A stretch of 64,000 nucleotides of DNA from Treponemataceae bacterium (GCA_963667725.2 CAXXHO010000003.1:320001-384000); one strand, 5' to 3'. Counted from the first letter of the stretch, positions 41,719 to 52,944 are shown. The notes: generated from the sequence alone by a model not told the origin. Made by a program: numbers and translations.

Positions 41719-42424
41719 TTTGAACTCCTTTGTGTGTTTACACTGATTTATCCTTTTTGTAGTGCATATAATTGGCGGTGGCTTGGGATTTTAGTACATT
41801 TACCCAGTCGCCTTCTGATACACTTACCTCACCAAACATAGTAAATCTCATAAATCTCGTCAACTGGTTTATGCATAAAATATACAAATATCTCTCATGC
41901 CCAGTGAGAAATAAAAAGAAAATAATCATAGTTATTTATATTTATACAATAATTAAAATCCCTATCTTATTATAGCAAAGCAGTAAATAAATATGCATAT
42001 TGAATGCATGATTATGCATTAATGTGATTTTATCGGAACAAAAATATTTTGCTGAAAAGATTGGAATATGGAGATCATTACTGTGGGGAGGTGTCATAAA
42101 ACCGATTACTGTTTACATGAATATACCGCATATAATAACATATATATGTATATGGTGTATTTGATGTATTTTGTTAACACATAAGAAATTTGAGGAAGGT
42201 TTCACAATACTTGGGGGAAAAATATCTAGTTAAAGAAAATAAATGTTTCTAAGCATAGAAACATAGGCTATATAATATGAACTTTCACAGGAAAGAATTC
42301 ATATCGGATTTGGCGTGAGGGCGAGACAGGAAATTGAACCTTTTGATTTATTTTTCTTTTAAAGGCCTGCTAAGGCTTATAATGATAAAATAATAATAAA
42401 AATAAATATTGACAGTTATGGTAA

Positions 42425-42464
42425 ACTAATACGGATTACTCTGAGATGTGTAATCCGTATTAGT
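42425..42464 (-). terminator. 15-bp perfect hairpin downstream of the xis-like gene
   Basis: ACTAATACGGATTAC / GTAATCCGTATTAGT. Confidence 0.5.
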
Positions 42465-42503
42465 AGGTTTCAGTCACCTGTGCAAACTATAATAAAATAT
42501 TTC

Positions 42504-42758
42504 TCAGTTATTGATAGGTATTAGATTTTCATCAGTAAGGGTAAGCCAGTTAATAACAGTTGCCCTGCTGTACTTTTTCCTTCCTCCGATCTTCGCTTCA
42601 GACTTTCCACCGTTTGGCTGTAAATAGGTTTTATTACATGAAGTTTTGTAGTTCAGTCCTTTTAGCGTACAAGCCTCCTCAAGGGAGAACCATTGTTTTG
42701 GTGGGATGAACGCCTGATCCATAGGGAGTGAAGTACTATTTTCTAATTTTTCTTGCAT
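42504..42758 (-). CDS. Excisionase/AlpA-like small DNA-binding protein
   Basis: WFSLEEAC..KGL...KIGGRKKYSRATVINWL; directly downstream of the integrase. Confidence 0.65.
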   Translation of the reverse strand: MQEKLENSTSLPMDQAFIPPKQWFSLEEACTLKGLNYKTSCNKTYLQPNGGKSEAKIGGRKKYSRATVINWLTLTDENLIPINN

Positions 42759-42823
42759 AAAATGATCTCCATACTTATATAGTTAAATGCTTGAAAACTT
42801 TACTCCCAGAGATTCCTGAGGAT

Positions 42824-44212
42824 TTAACTAATTAAGCTGATAGGAATTGTTCCATTTCCCCCCTTGAGCTGGGTGCTCTGCTCTTCTGGAAAAATGAAGG
42901 GAAGCAGTTTTGTCCTGAATATTTTGCGATACAGCTCCCCTTGTTCAGGTGTAACATGATAATAATAATCTGTCATCTCTTCTGAAGAATGGCCAATTGA
43001 TTGCCTCAATACTTCATCAGGCATTTCTCCTCGATACTCTGAATTATTAAGATGCCGCCATGCATGGAAATCTAAATCGCGTCTTTGTTGCTCCTTTCGG
43101 CTAATACCAATAGTCTCAAGTACTTTTCGCAAATGATCAAGAAATAAGTCTGGATTCATAGGACAGTCCTTATTATTGATATCCCAAAAGATAAAATTGT
43201 TTTTATGGGGGTTTTGAGAGTATAGCCATTTCAGTCGATTAAGTAGTATCAAATCGGTATATACTACTCGTGATTTTTTATTTTTCGTTGTCTTTAGCTC
43301 TTGCTCTTGACGTTCCCAATTATGCCTGATAAAGAGACGCACACCATTGAAGTCAAGGTCTTGAATTTGCAGTGCAGCCACTTCCCCTGCACGCAACCCA
43401 TGACTTGCCGCTATCTGTGATGCAAGCTTAGATCGCTCATCTGGCCAATCTGCCGCTAAGACTTTTTTCATCTCATCCAGAGTAAGTATCTCCCTATGTT
43501 TTGTTGAAAGAGCGAGTTTCCGCATGTTAGCTGAAGGGTTTTCATGGATGATCCCCAACCTTGTAGCTTCACCTAATGGTGTGGTGACACATCCGAGAAT
43601 TGTATTGATTGTTCGTGGCTTCAACCCTTTAGGGTTAGAGGGGGAATATCGAGGGAGTTGATTTTTGAACTCCTCAAGGCTAACCGTGGTTATTGATCGT
43701 ATACGCATCTCTTTGAGGAATGGCTTTGCATATCGTTCGATGTAAGCTTTATTAGCTCTACAATATTGCTTTCCAATACTCTGGCCGCTCTCCCGCTTGT
43801 CCCGAATGTAGGGGGACGTGTCCCAGTCCCAAAATGCTAGAAGGTACTCTAAAAAGACTGGATTAGCTCTATTCATATCGACTCCTGACAATACAAGTGA
43901 TGTCTTAGAAAGGAGGTCATCGACCGATAGAACTTGTCCGGCTTCTATTATACCTTTCCCTAGAAGAAAGCGCGTTAGGTAAGTCTTAACCTGTCCGTCA
44001 GTAATGATATTGGTTTTTTCTGGTTTGGGAGGGAGGCCTCCATAGGAGGTTAGCCAACTCTGTGCCATTCGCTCAGCATCACGTTTATTTGTTTTTCCGG
44101 TAGAGTGGCCGGGCAAGTAGCAATGAAGTTCTTTATCCCAAAATTGAACATAGATATAAGGGGAGTCATCTCGCGTATAGAGAGAGTAAAAATTGTGTAC
44201 AGTGTTTTCCAT
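42824..44212 (-). CDS. int: Tyrosine recombinase/phage-type integrase (probable start MENTV at 44212)
   Basis: GLRAGE, TTKNK, HAWRH, IGH and Y catalytic residues; adjacent to the tRNA att site. Confidence 0.93.
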   Translation of the reverse strand: MENTVHNFYSLYTRDDSPYIYVQFWDKELHCYLPGHSTGKTNKRDAERMAQSWLTSYGGLPPKPEKTNIITDGQVKTYLTRFLLGKGIIEAGQVLSVDDLLSKTSLVLSGVDMNRANPVFLEYLLAFWDWDTSPYIRDKRESGQSIGKQYCRANKAYIERYAKPFLKEMRIRSITTVSLEEFKNQLPRYSPSNPKGLKPRTINTILGCVTTPLGEATRLGIIHENPSANMRKLALSTKHREILTLDEMKKVLAADWPDERSKLASQIAASHGLRAGEVAALQIQDLDFNGVRLFIRHNWERQEQELKTTKNKKSRVVYTDLILLNRLKWLYSQNPHKNNFIFWDINNKDCPMNPDLFLDHLRKVLETIGISRKEQQRRDLDFHAWRHLNNSEYRGEMPDEVLRQSIGHSSEEMTDYYYHVTPEQGELYRKIFRTKLLPFIFPEEQSTQLKGGNGTIPISLIS

Positions 44213-44344
44213 AACTATCCTTTGCAAGGTGACTCTTACAGTCACTCTTACAGCTAGATAGTTACAGGAAGAAAAACATTGCTTTCAAAATCAGTAGGTT
44301 TTCGTAAACCTTTATAGTATAAAAACTTACGAAGAAAAAAATAG

Positions 44345-44417
44345 TGGAGAATAGGGGATTCGAACCCCTGACCTATAGATTGCGAACCTATCGCTCTACC
44401 AACTGAGCTAATTCCCC
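44345..44417 (-). tRNA. tRNA-Ala (anticodon CGC), CCA not encoded
   Basis: GGGGAATTAGCTCAGTTGGTAGAGCGATAGGTTCGCAATCTATAGGTCAGGGGTTCGAATCCCCTATTCTCCA; G3:U70 pair. Confidence 0.96.
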
Positions 44418-44549
44418 AGGGCGAAGTGCCGGAAAGATGACTGTCGGCATATTTCCGGACCGAAGCCACTATAATATACAGCTGGACGGTTGATCAAGAG
44501 CTTTTTCTTGAACAGCGTCCCCCGGAGCCGTTCGTCGCGTTCAAATCAT

Positions 44550-45017
44550 CTAAATCCGGTATTTTTTCGTCAGCCCTGCCAGGAAATTCCGCAGAAACTG
44601 GTCGCCGCAAAGGCGAAAATTTTCCTGGTCCTTTTTCCTGAACAGCGCGTTGATCTCTGATTTGGATGCCTCGACGTCGGCCAAACGCAATATGGCCACA
44701 ATATCATCGTCCCGCAGCTGGAGAGCGATGCGAATCGCCTTCAGCACATCGTTGTTCGTCGGATTCCTCATCCATTCCTGGCTCGCCGGCGCAGCGCCTT
44801 CCTTTCGGCCGCGCCTGCTTGTCACAAGACCATCAAGAAAAGCCCCGAGGGTTGGGCCATCGCACTCGCGAAATCCCTCATCATCTTCCTTGAGGAAAAA
44901 TGGGCGAAGTTCTTCCGCCGACATAGGTTTCCCGGCGAGGGTGAAAAGTTCAACGAGCTTGAGGTCGGTAATATTGAGGGCATATCGCAGCCGTATCAGG
45001 ATATCGCTGTTGATCAT
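44550..45017 (-). CDS. DUF1456 (YehS) family protein
   Basis: Two repeats: NSDILIRLRYAL and NNDVLKAIRIAL; CGDQFLRNFL. Confidence 0.85.
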   Translation of the reverse strand: MINSDILIRLRYALNITDLKLVELFTLAGKPMSAEELRPFFLKEDDEGFRECDGPTLGAFLDGLVTSRRGRKEGAAPASQEWMRNPTNNDVLKAIRIALQLRDDDIVAILRLADVEASKSEINALFRKKDQENFRLCGDQFLRNFLAGLTKKYRI

Positions 45018-45332
45018 GCCCTGAATCATGAACCACTTTTCCGTTCTTGCGCAAGACCGCGCTTTTTGGCCCATCTCTTTTCGGCAGATAGGCGGATAGC
45101 CCTTTCTGCTCCAGTTTCCGCGCTAAAGCAAAATAGTATCGAGACGATTTTCAAAATTATTGAGCAAGTAGTTTGCGTAGAATTTTTCGCTTGGTACTAT
45201 TTTACTCGTGTAGTCCCTAATAGCTGCTAAATTACATTGTAATTTTTAAATTTCCTTGACAATAGCTAGAAACTAGCGACTAATTGAAGTTAGCTGACAC
45301 CTAAGTGAGCTTTCAAAATACAGGAGAGAACG

Positions 45333-46829
45333 ATGAAAAGAATTTTATCGCTGATCTTAGCTTTAGTTCTCCTCGGCAGCGGATTTGTATTCGCTAGTGG
45401 GATTCCCAATCATAAAGCGGAGTTGGTAATTGGCTCGGCTGCTGATATCAACAACCTTGATCCCCAAGGCCAATCAGACCAGATAAATAACATTGTCCTG
45501 AAACTTACCCATCAGACACTGGTTTTTTTCACCAACGAGGCAACCTTTGAACCCTCTTTGGCTACAAGCTGGGAGTTCAGAGATGATACCCACGTCGTCT
45601 TTCACCTGGTAAAGAATGCCAAATTCAGCGATGGTAGCCCCCTTACTGCTGATGATGTGAAATTTACTATCGATATGGCGATGAAGAGTTATGTGGCAAA
45701 CAGCCTAACCGGACTCATTAGTACCTCGGTAATCGACCCCTATACTATCGAGATGAAAACCACATCCTATAACAACGAGTTTGTACAGACTTTCGCAAGC
45801 GTGTCTTTTGCGATTCTTTCCAAGAAAGCCTATGCGAGCGGTATGAAACAACCGTATCTGGTAGGTTCCGGACCTTATAAGTTTGATAAATGGGTTCAGG
45901 GAGAATATGTCAGAGTTGTTAAGAATCCGAACTACTGGGGCACCAATCCCGGCGTAAGCGATGCGATTGTCTTTAAACCGATCATTGAAGATTCTTCCCG
46001 CGTAATTGCCCTCCAGACCGGTGAGATTGATGTATGCATCAATCCCCCTATTAACGAGTTGCCCTTCCTTCAGAAAGACAAGAACATCACCGTGTTCGAG
46101 AGGCCAGGCAGTCGATTATTTTATTTCGCTTTCAATGTTGCCAAAGCTCCCTGGAACAACCAAAAGCTTCGCCAGGCAGTAGCGTGCGCTATCGACCGGA
46201 AAAGTGTGCTCGAGGTTGCCGTATCTGGAAAAGGTACTCCGCAGAAAACCATTCTCAACAGAGGACTCTGGGGTTTCTATGATGAGATGCCAGGATTCAA
46301 CTACGACGTGGCTCGCGCAAAGAAACTCATGGCAGAAGCCGGCTATCCTAATGGCGGTATCCGAACTTCACTGCTGATTGCCAATAGCAGCCCATACACA
46401 GGCATCGCTCAGGTAATCCAGGCTAATCTGAAAGCCATAGGGATAACCGTGGACATTCAGACTGTAGACGATGCAACCCTGAAGGCTACTTCCAAGAGCG
46501 GCACCCAAGAACTCTACCTGTGGCGCTGGAATGAGGACTCAATGGTAGACTTCGTTTATCGCGACTTGTTCTATTCCGGCTCGGGAAGCAATTACCACCA
46601 TTACAGCGACAAAAAAGCCGACGCTTTGATCGATATGGTTGCTACGGAGAAAGACAAGGCCAAACGTCTACAAGCCGGTATTGATCTTCAGAAGTATCTG
46701 GTTGAAGCCTGCCCACAGGTGCCTCTTTACATCGCTAACCTGGTAATTGCCTATAACAAGAACCTTAAGGGTGAGTATCTTTTTGGTGGCGGAAATCACG
46801 ACTGGAAAAACGCTTACATTGCAAAGTAA
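45333..46829 (+). CDS. Oligo/dipeptide ABC transporter substrate-binding protein
   Basis: Signal peptide; FSDGSPLTADDVKFT; GSGPYKF. Confidence 0.92.
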   Translation: MKRILSLILALVLLGSGFVFASGIPNHKAELVIGSAADINNLDPQGQSDQINNIVLKLTHQTLVFFTNEATFEPSLATSWEFRDDTHVVFHLVKNAKFSDGSPLTADDVKFTIDMAMKSYVANSLTGLISTSVIDPYTIEMKTTSYNNEFVQTFASVSFAILSKKAYASGMKQPYLVGSGPYKFDKWVQGEYVRVVKNPNYWGTNPGVSDAIVFKPIIEDSSRVIALQTGEIDVCINPPINELPFLQKDKNITVFERPGSRLFYFAFNVAKAPWNNQKLRQAVACAIDRKSVLEVAVSGKGTPQKTILNRGLWGFYDEMPGFNYDVARAKKLMAEAGYPNGGIRTSLLIANSSPYTGIAQVIQANLKAIGITVDIQTVDDATLKATSKSGTQELYLWRWNEDSMVDFVYRDLFYSGSGSNYHHYSDKKADALIDMVATEKDKAKRLQAGIDLQKYLVEACPQVPLYIANLVIAYNKNLKGEYLFGGGNHDWKNAYIAK

Positions 46830-46857
46830 TTTTTTCTGGTGAATACTTGCTTTTCAA

Positions 46858-46892
46858 CGGTACCAAGTGCGGATTTATCGCACTTGGTACCG
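46858..46892 (+). terminator. 14-bp hairpin after the binding-protein gene
   Basis: CGGTACCAAGTGCG / CGCACTTGGTACCG. Confidence 0.55.
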
Positions 46893-46924
46893 ATTTAATT
46901 CCCCCCGTTTGAGGAGTATCCCTC

Positions 46925-47860
46925 ATGTTTCGTTATATTCTGAAACGCTTATTATTGATGATTCCGGTTATCCTTGTTACCAGCCTCGTCATCTATTTTG
47001 CCATGAGCCTTACTGGCGGTGACCCAGCGATATACTTAGCTCCTGAAAACGCATCGGATGCTCAGATCCAACAAATACGAGTGGATTTGGGGCTGACGGA
47101 AAGTTTTCCGATCAGATACTTGAAGTATATGACCGGAATGTTCCGAGGTAATATGGGAACCTCCTATGTCACCAAGCGGGATGTTTTCAATACTTTCATG
47201 ACTCGCCTTCCCAATACGCTCCAGCTTGCGGGGGCTTCGGTTCTCATCGCCACGCTCATAGCGATTCCCCTTGGCATCTACACTGCCATTCACCAGAATA
47301 CTTGGAAAGATACCGCTGGGATGATTTTTGCACTCTTTGGCGTTTCTATGCCGAACTTCTGGCTTGGCCTTATGCTCATTATTTTATTTTCTCTGAAATT
47401 AGGATGGTTGCCCTCAGGCGGCAAGACCGGGCTTTTAAGCCTGGTCTTGCCGGCTATGACCGTGGGGCTTGGACTCGCTGCCCTGATTACCCGTACGACT
47501 CGTTCTTCGATGCTTGATGTAATCCGTGAAGATTATATCCGTACCGCAAGGGCTAAAGGCTGCTCGGAAAAGCGTGTAATACGCAAACATGCCATGGGCA
47601 ATGCCCTGATCCCCATCATTACGGTTATCGGAATGCAGCTGAGCAACGTGCTCACCGGTTCCGTTCTTGCGGAAACCGTGTTTTCCTGGCCAGGTATCGG
47701 GCGCCTGATCTTTGATTCCATTTCAAAACGCGATACGCCGATGGTGACCGGATCTATAATTCTTTGCTCCGTATTGATGGTTGCGATAAATCTATTGGTC
47801 GATGTCATATATGCGTTTTTTGATCCTCGGATCAAGGCGCAGTTTATGAGAAAGGTTTAG
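46925..47860 (+). CDS. Peptide ABC transporter permease (OppB/DppB-like)
   Basis: DYIRTARAKG loop; ETVFSWPGIG. Confidence 0.92.
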   Translation: MFRYILKRLLLMIPVILVTSLVIYFAMSLTGGDPAIYLAPENASDAQIQQIRVDLGLTESFPIRYLKYMTGMFRGNMGTSYVTKRDVFNTFMTRLPNTLQLAGASVLIATLIAIPLGIYTAIHQNTWKDTAGMIFALFGVSMPNFWLGLMLIILFSLKLGWLPSGGKTGLLSLVLPAMTVGLGLAALITRTTRSSMLDVIREDYIRTARAKGCSEKRVIRKHAMGNALIPIITVIGMQLSNVLTGSVLAETVFSWPGIGRLIFDSISKRDTPMVTGSIILCSVLMVAINLLVDVIYAFFDPRIKAQFMRKV

Positions 47861-47864
47861 TGGT

Positions 47865-48761
47865 ATGGTTGATATATCTATAAACTCTATTTCCGGAGAA
47901 CAAGAGCTTAAGAGTCGCTCATTAGGGCAGGAAACTTTACGCCGCCTGCTCAAGAATAAAGGCGCCATAATCGGCATGCTATTCTTGCTGATACTAATTA
48001 TCGCCGCTGTCCTCAGCGGTTTTATCTATGATTATGACACAGATGTTATCTCCCAAAATATCGGCGAGCGACTTCAATGGCCTTCTAGGGCACATATTTT
48101 TGGAACCGATGAACTTGGTCGAGATATTTTTATCAGGATTCTCTATGGCGCACGGTATTCTCTGACAATTGGAAGCGGCAGCGTATTGATTGGACTGATT
48201 GTCGGCGTCATTTTTGGCTCTATTGCGGGATTTTATGGTGGGATGGTCGACCAAGTGATCATGCGAACCAATGATATCCTCTATGCGGTTCCCAATATCA
48301 TGATTGCCGTGGTTATCGTCTCATTGCTGGGCACCAGTACTTTTAATTTGCTTCTTGCTCTATGCGTTTCTGCTTCCTCGAGTTTCGTGCGTATTGCCAG
48401 GGCTTCAGTCATGACTATTCGCGGTCAAGAGTATATAGAGAGCGCCTATGCCATGGGTCTTCCTACCTGGAAAATTATCCTTAAGCATGTCATCCCTAAT
48501 AGCTTGTCGCCGATTATCGTACAGGTAACGTTGCTTATTGGAACCACCATCATTTCGGCTTCCTCTCTTTCTTTTTTGGGTATTGGCGTTCCTTCTCCCG
48601 CTCCGGAGTGGGGAGCCATGTTGTCCGCGGGCAGAAGCCAGATCCGTAATGCGAGCTATATCTGTGTTATCCCTGGGCTTGCCATTATGTTCACCGTGCT
48701 CGCGCTTAATTTGCTGGGCGATGGACTTCGTGATGCTCTCGACCCGAAATTGAAGAAGTAG
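47865..48761 (+). CDS. Peptide ABC transporter permease (OppC/DppC-like)
   Basis: [28 protein letters not shown]. Confidence 0.92.
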   Translation: MVDISINSISGEQELKSRSLGQETLRRLLKNKGAIIGMLFLLILIIAAVLSGFIYDYDTDVISQNIGERLQWPSRAHIFGTDELGRDIFIRILYGARYSLTIGSGSVLIGLIVGVIFGSIAGFYGGMVDQVIMRTNDILYAVPNIMIAVVIVSLLGTSTFNLLLALCVSASSSFVRIARASVMTIRGQEYIESAYAMGLPTWKIILKHVIPNSLSPIIVQVTLLIGTTIISASSLSFLGIGVPSPAPEWGAMLSAGRSQIRNASYICVIPGLAIMFTVLALNLLGDGLRDALDPKLKK

Positions 48762-48768
48762 GCATACT

Positions 48769-49779
48769 ATGGCAGATGAAAAAATGGACTACATGCTGGA
48801 AGTCAAGGATCTCAAGGTTCAATACAATACAGATGCTGGTATTGTCTACGCTGTCAATGGACTGGACTTGTGCATTACGAGTAAAAAAACATTGGGGCTG
48901 GTTGGGGAGACAGGGGCAGGGAAAACGACGACGGCGCTATCCATACTAAACCTGGTTCCCAATCCTCCCGGGAAGATCACCAGCGGGGAGATTTTTCTTG
49001 CTGGGAAGAGTGTGCTGGGAATGAGCATCAATGAACTTGAGAAGATGCGCGGCAACGAAGTTGCGATGATTTTTCAGGACCCAATGACCGCTCTTAATCC
49101 GGTCATGACCGTAGGTGACCAGATAGCAGAATCGATCATGTTGCACAACAAAGTCAGTGAAACCGAATCGATGTCTAGGGCGAAAGAGATGCTCAGGCTC
49201 GTAGGCATCGATGAAGGTCGAATTCATGACTATCCTCATCAGTTCTCCGGGGGAATGCGCCAGAGAGTTGTCATCGCGATCGCTCTTGCCTGCCATCCCA
49301 AGTTCCTGATTGCTGATGAGCCGACCACTGCACTGGATGTGACAATTCAGGCCCAGGTACTGGAATTAATTAAGCAGCTAATTTCCAAGAGCGATATGTC
49401 AGTGTTGCTTATCACCCATGATTTAGGTGTGGTCGCTGAAATCTGCGATGAAGTTGCTGTAATGTATAGCGGAAGGATCGTGGAAAAGGGCACGACCGAC
49501 GACGTGTTCAACCATATATTGCACGTCTACACCGAAGGGTTATTCAACTCGCTGCCGAATCTCCGGGAACGGGGCGAGGAGCTGCAGCCAATCAAGGGCA
49601 TGATGCCAAATCCGATGGAAAAGATAGTTGGCTGCAGCTTCGCCCCCCGGTGTCCGTATGCCACCAAGCGCTGCCTTAGCGAAATACCGGCTTTACGCAA
49701 GATGAGCGATACACATTTTGTTGCCTGTCATGCGTATGACGATAAGACCTTTACGCTAAAAGGGAATATAAATGGCTGA
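48769..49779 (+). CDS. Peptide ABC transporter ATP-binding protein (OppD/DppD-like)
   Basis: [16 protein letters not shown] and DEPTTALDV motifs. Confidence 0.92.
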   Translation: MADEKMDYMLEVKDLKVQYNTDAGIVYAVNGLDLCITSKKTLGLVGETGAGKTTTALSILNLVPNPPGKITSGEIFLAGKSVLGMSINELEKMRGNEVAMIFQDPMTALNPVMTVGDQIAESIMLHNKVSETESMSRAKEMLRLVGIDEGRIHDYPHQFSGGMRQRVVIAIALACHPKFLIADEPTTALDVTIQAQVLELIKQLISKSDMSVLLITHDLGVVAEICDEVAVMYSGRIVEKGTTDDVFNHILHVYTEGLFNSLPNLRERGEELQPIKGMMPNPMEKIVGCSFAPRCPYATKRCLSEIPALRKMSDTHFVACHAYDDKTFTLKGNING

Positions 49780-50773
49780 ATCACCCATCCTGAAGGTTGA
49801 GAATCTTACGAAATATTTCCATACTCCCAGAGGATTGCTGCATGCTGTGGATGATGTGAACTTTTCGATCAATAAAGGCAAGACGCTGGGAATAGTGGGG
49901 GAATCTGGTTGCGGGAAATCGACCACCGGACGCTTGATCCTCAAGCTCACTAATCCTACCCGGGGAAAGATCTTTTTTGAGGGCAATGACATCTCCGGCT
50001 ATAGCGTGTCAAAGATGCGGCCCCTTCGCAGCGAGATGCAGATGATCTTCCAAGATCCTTTCTCCTCCCTCGATCCCCGTCAAAGTGTGATGCAATTAAT
50101 AAGCGAGCCGATCATCGAATACAAGTTGCTCAGGAGCAAGCAGGAAGTAGAGAAACGTACCCTGGAATTAATGGATATCGTTGGCTTGGCAAGCCGCTAT
50201 ATGAACACTTACCCTCATGAACTCGATGGAGGCAGGCGGCAGCGTATTGGTGTTGCCCGGGCATTGGCGCTCAATCCGAAGCTGATTGTCTGCGACGAAC
50301 CCGTCTCAGCCCTGGATGTTTCGATTCAGGCCCAGATTCTAAACCTGCTCAAGAATTTGCAGAAGGATATGTTCCTAACCTATGTGTTTATTACGCACAA
50401 CTTATCGGTGGTCAAATATTTCAGCGATGATATCGCGGTCATGTACCTTGGACAATTGATTGAAAAGGCACCCTCGGAGGTCATTTTCCGACATCCAATG
50501 CATCCTTATACTAAAGCTTTACTTGCAGCTGTTCCTGTCCCGGTGGTCGGTAAGGAAAGATCAGTTCGACAGCTGATTCGAGGCGAAATTACCAGCCCTG
50601 TGAATCTCCCGGACGAATGTCGGTTCGCTAACCGCTGCGATTACTGTGCGGCGATCTGTCGTGAAAGGAATCCTCTGCTTAGGGAAGTTGAGCCGAACCA
50701 TTTTGTCGCATGCGCCAGGGTCGCCAATCCGGAGGATGCTTACCTGCTGTCTCCCGCAGCTTTGAAACCGTAG
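49772..50773 (+). CDS. Peptide ABC transporter ATP-binding protein (OppF/DppF-like)
   Basis: [18 protein letters not shown] and HPYT motifs. Confidence 0.92.
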   Translation: MAESPILKVENLTKYFHTPRGLLHAVDDVNFSINKGKTLGIVGESGCGKSTTGRLILKLTNPTRGKIFFEGNDISGYSVSKMRPLRSEMQMIFQDPFSSLDPRQSVMQLISEPIIEYKLLRSKQEVEKRTLELMDIVGLASRYMNTYPHELDGGRRQRIGVARALALNPKLIVCDEPVSALDVSIQAQILNLLKNLQKDMFLTYVFITHNLSVVKYFSDDIAVMYLGQLIEKAPSEVIFRHPMHPYTKALLAAVPVPVVGKERSVRQLIRGEITSPVNLPDECRFANRCDYCAAICRERNPLLREVEPNHFVACARVANPEDAYLLSPAALKP

Positions 50774-51552
50774 AAGTGTAAAATGTTCATATCCTCCGGG
50801 CTATCGCAAAAGTGGTTGCCGTCACCTAGGATGGTCTTGTGGATTCCATGATCTGGGGCAAACAGGAAGAGGGTGTCATATTGCTGCCAAGCTTTGCAGG
50901 CGCAGTCTACCAATTTGGCAAAATCCCTGATATGACGGCACATTGCCTCGTATGAACTCTTGGATTCTGGCTCGGTATCATGAATACTGTCGTCATAATC
51001 CATGTTGTAGACCACCACGACATCATGTTGGTCCTCAGAAATGGCCCTCAGACCTTGCTGTGTGATTTCTTCATCGTTGTCGTAGTTGTGGTAATCGATC
51101 GGCCGCCCCGTAAAAATTGTGCCCATGGAACTGTCGGTACGAGCGATCAGGGTTGTCCTTTTCCCTTGCCGAGGCAGAGCATCGAACAGCGTATCGATTT
51201 TGACTAATTTTTTCTCATACACTTCAATCCCATGCACCTTAGGGATAGCTCCACTGAACATAGTGGCAAAGCATACAGGAGTAACAGGGGGAAATGAAGC
51301 AAGCATGGGAATTGTCATCCTGGTCCGTTCCATAACAGGCGCGAATTCGGCTGTGTATTTCTGATAGAGCCACTGGGCAATAGCATCAGGATTATAGATC
51401 AATACGCGCTGGCATTTTCCGCTTTTTGAGTATTTTTTCACGAGGCTCAAGACTTGTTCGATCGGTTCTCCGGCCAGTTTTGGGGACTCAATACCCATAG
51501 CTTGGGCGAGGGTAGCAGCAGTACTGGTCATTTGCACGGAATTGAATGCCAT
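50740..51552 (-). CDS. Alkaline phosphatase superfamily protein
   Basis: NPDA, PPVTPVCFATMFSG..P..HG, DDSIH and APDHG motifs; GAGGAG before ATG 51552. Confidence 0.75.
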   Translation of the reverse strand: MAFNSVQMTSTAATLAQAMGIESPKLAGEPIEQVLSLVKKYSKSGKCQRVLIYNPDAIAQWLYQKYTAEFAPVMERTRMTIPMLASFPPVTPVCFATMFSGAIPKVHGIEVYEKKLVKIDTLFDALPRQGKRTTLIARTDSSMGTIFTGRPIDYHNYDNDEEITQQGLRAISEDQHDVVVVYNMDYDDSIHDTEPESKSSYEAMCRHIRDFAKLVDCACKAWQQYDTLFLFAPDHGIHKTILGDGNHFCDSPEDMNILHFYGFKAAGDSR

Positions 51553-51701
51553 AAATACTCTCCTCGTTCTATATCTTTTGTTTTTTATAGTATGCTGTCT
51601 TCTCATAAAATAATAGACATCATGTGGAAGTAATCTTAGGTGGTTATCTTAAGCGAATGTAGAGTGGTAGCTAAAAGCATGGTATGATTTGCCCGTAAAT
51701 T

Positions 51702-52181
51702 ATGGATGACACTCTATATCTTTTATTTTTTCCGCTCGTCTTCCTTATTGGAAGTATCTATGCGCTGTATGTCTCAGTCATTGAACGTGAGGTAAAGTTG
51801 TCGGGTCTCAACGCTGAAGCCAGGGTGATCAAGGTTGAAAGGGCAATCCCTTCTGGCCTAAGTTCAATTTTTCATAATAAAAAAGGCGTCTTTGAATGTG
51901 ATTACTTACTCCGACTTTCTTACACGAAACTTTCGGGTACGCAGATGCAGGTGTGTACCACTGTCGCTGCGAGAATGAAGGTGGTGAAAGGTATGCGATT
52001 TCCATTTTTTTCGGAGGGCGACACTTTGTCGATTCGGTATAGCGAAAAAAATCCTCAAAGCGTAGTCGTACTTCTCGATACGATAAAGCAGAGACAGGGC
52101 GGAGCCTTTCCCGTTATCCTGTGGTTTTTTTGCACGTGTCTTTTAGCTGCGATCGTCATAGCGACTTTGATTTTTTTTTAG
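51702..52181 (+). CDS. Membrane protein, DUF3592-like
   Basis: TM helices at both ends; EGDTLSIRYSEKNP. Confidence 0.55.
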   Translation: MDDTLYLLFFPLVFLIGSIYALYVSVIEREVKLSGLNAEARVIKVERAIPSGLSSIFHNKKGVFECDYLLRLSYTKLSGTQMQVCTTVAARMKVVKGMRFPFFSEGDTLSIRYSEKNPQSVVVLLDTIKQRQGGAFPVILWFFCTCLLAAIVIATLIFF

Positions 52182-52244
52182 AAAGTCTGGCTAACAGTAT
52201 TCCAACCGCCATCTCCATGCTATTGTTATATTGGAGGATATTTA

Positions 52245-52862
52245 ATGCACCTAGTTTGCCTGGATCTTGAAGGAGTACTCGTACCTGAAATCTGGATTAC
52301 TTTCTCTGAAGTTACGGGAATTCCGGAATTGCGACGCACTACCCGCGATGAACCGGACTATGACAAGCTGATGAAGTATCGCTTGAGAATCCTAGCCGAA
52401 CACAACCTCAAGCTTAAGGATATACAGAAAGTCATCGGATCCATGTCTCCGCTCGATGGAGCTTCTGGGTTTCTAGCAGCGCTCAAGGAACAAACACAGG
52501 TTGTGATCCTATCTGATACATTTTCTGAATTCGCTAAACCGTTAATGGCCAAGCTTGGCTATCCGACCCTCTTCTGCAATAGCCTCATCATCGACAGCGA
52601 AGGTTCCATCAAAGATTATCTGATGAGGCAAAAAGACGGTAAGCGGAAATCGGTTGAGGCGTTAAAATCCCTGAATTTCAAAATCTTCGCGGCAGGTGAT
52701 TCCTTCAACGACTTGTCGATGATTCGCGCCGCCGACGCCGGCTGTCTTTTCCGCCCGCCTGCCTCAATTCGTACCCAATGCCCCGATCTCCCAAGCGTGG
52801 AGGACTATGAAGGGCTTTTAGAGCATATTGAAGAGCATATAGCGAATAGAAGAGCTGAATAA
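52245..52862 (+). CDS. thrH: Phosphoserine phosphatase / homoserine phosphotransferase
   Basis: CLDLEGVLVPEIW, TTRDEPDYD and AAGDSFND motifs. Confidence 0.9.
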   Translation: MHLVCLDLEGVLVPEIWITFSEVTGIPELRRTTRDEPDYDKLMKYRLRILAEHNLKLKDIQKVIGSMSPLDGASGFLAALKEQTQVVILSDTFSEFAKPLMAKLGYPTLFCNSLIIDSEGSIKDYLMRQKDGKRKSVEALKSLNFKIFAAGDSFNDLSMIRAADAGCLFRPPASIRTQCPDLPSVEDYEGLLEHIEEHIANRRAE

Positions 52863-52899
52863 CAAACTGGATGAACTTATCTTTGCGAAAGGATAATTT

Positions 52900-52944
52900 A
52901 GCCGAAGCCGGGAATCGAACCCGGTACCTGCGCATTACGAGTGC
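52900..52944 (-). repeat. 3' fragment of tRNA-Thr(CGT), probable att site of a second island
   Basis: GCACTCGTAATGCGCAGGTACCGGGTTCGATTCCCGGCTTCGGCT; D-arm and 5' acceptor strand absent. Confidence 0.8.

Larger units (their letters stand above)
17282..44386. mobile_element. ~27 kb integrative element (satellite/IME-like) inserted in tRNA-Ala(CGC)
   Basis: 48-bp direct repeat at both ends, tyrosine integrase next to the tRNA, xis-like gene, replication-type genes, AT-rich relative to the flanks. Confidence 0.92.

Noticed and set aside
41993..42019. Three clustered ATGCAT palindromes as an operator
   Set aside because: Irregular spacing in very AT-rich DNA; could be chance
42824..44212. Integrase as an integron integrase (IntI)
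   Set aside because: No IntI-specific insertion is visible after the catalytic Lys region, it has a long N-terminal domain, and it is tied to the tRNA att site
17282..44386. Prophage or self-transmissible ICE
   Set aside because: No structural, lysis, relaxase or T4SS genes recognised
44254..44469. 71-aa ORF
   Set aside because: Overlaps the tRNA gene
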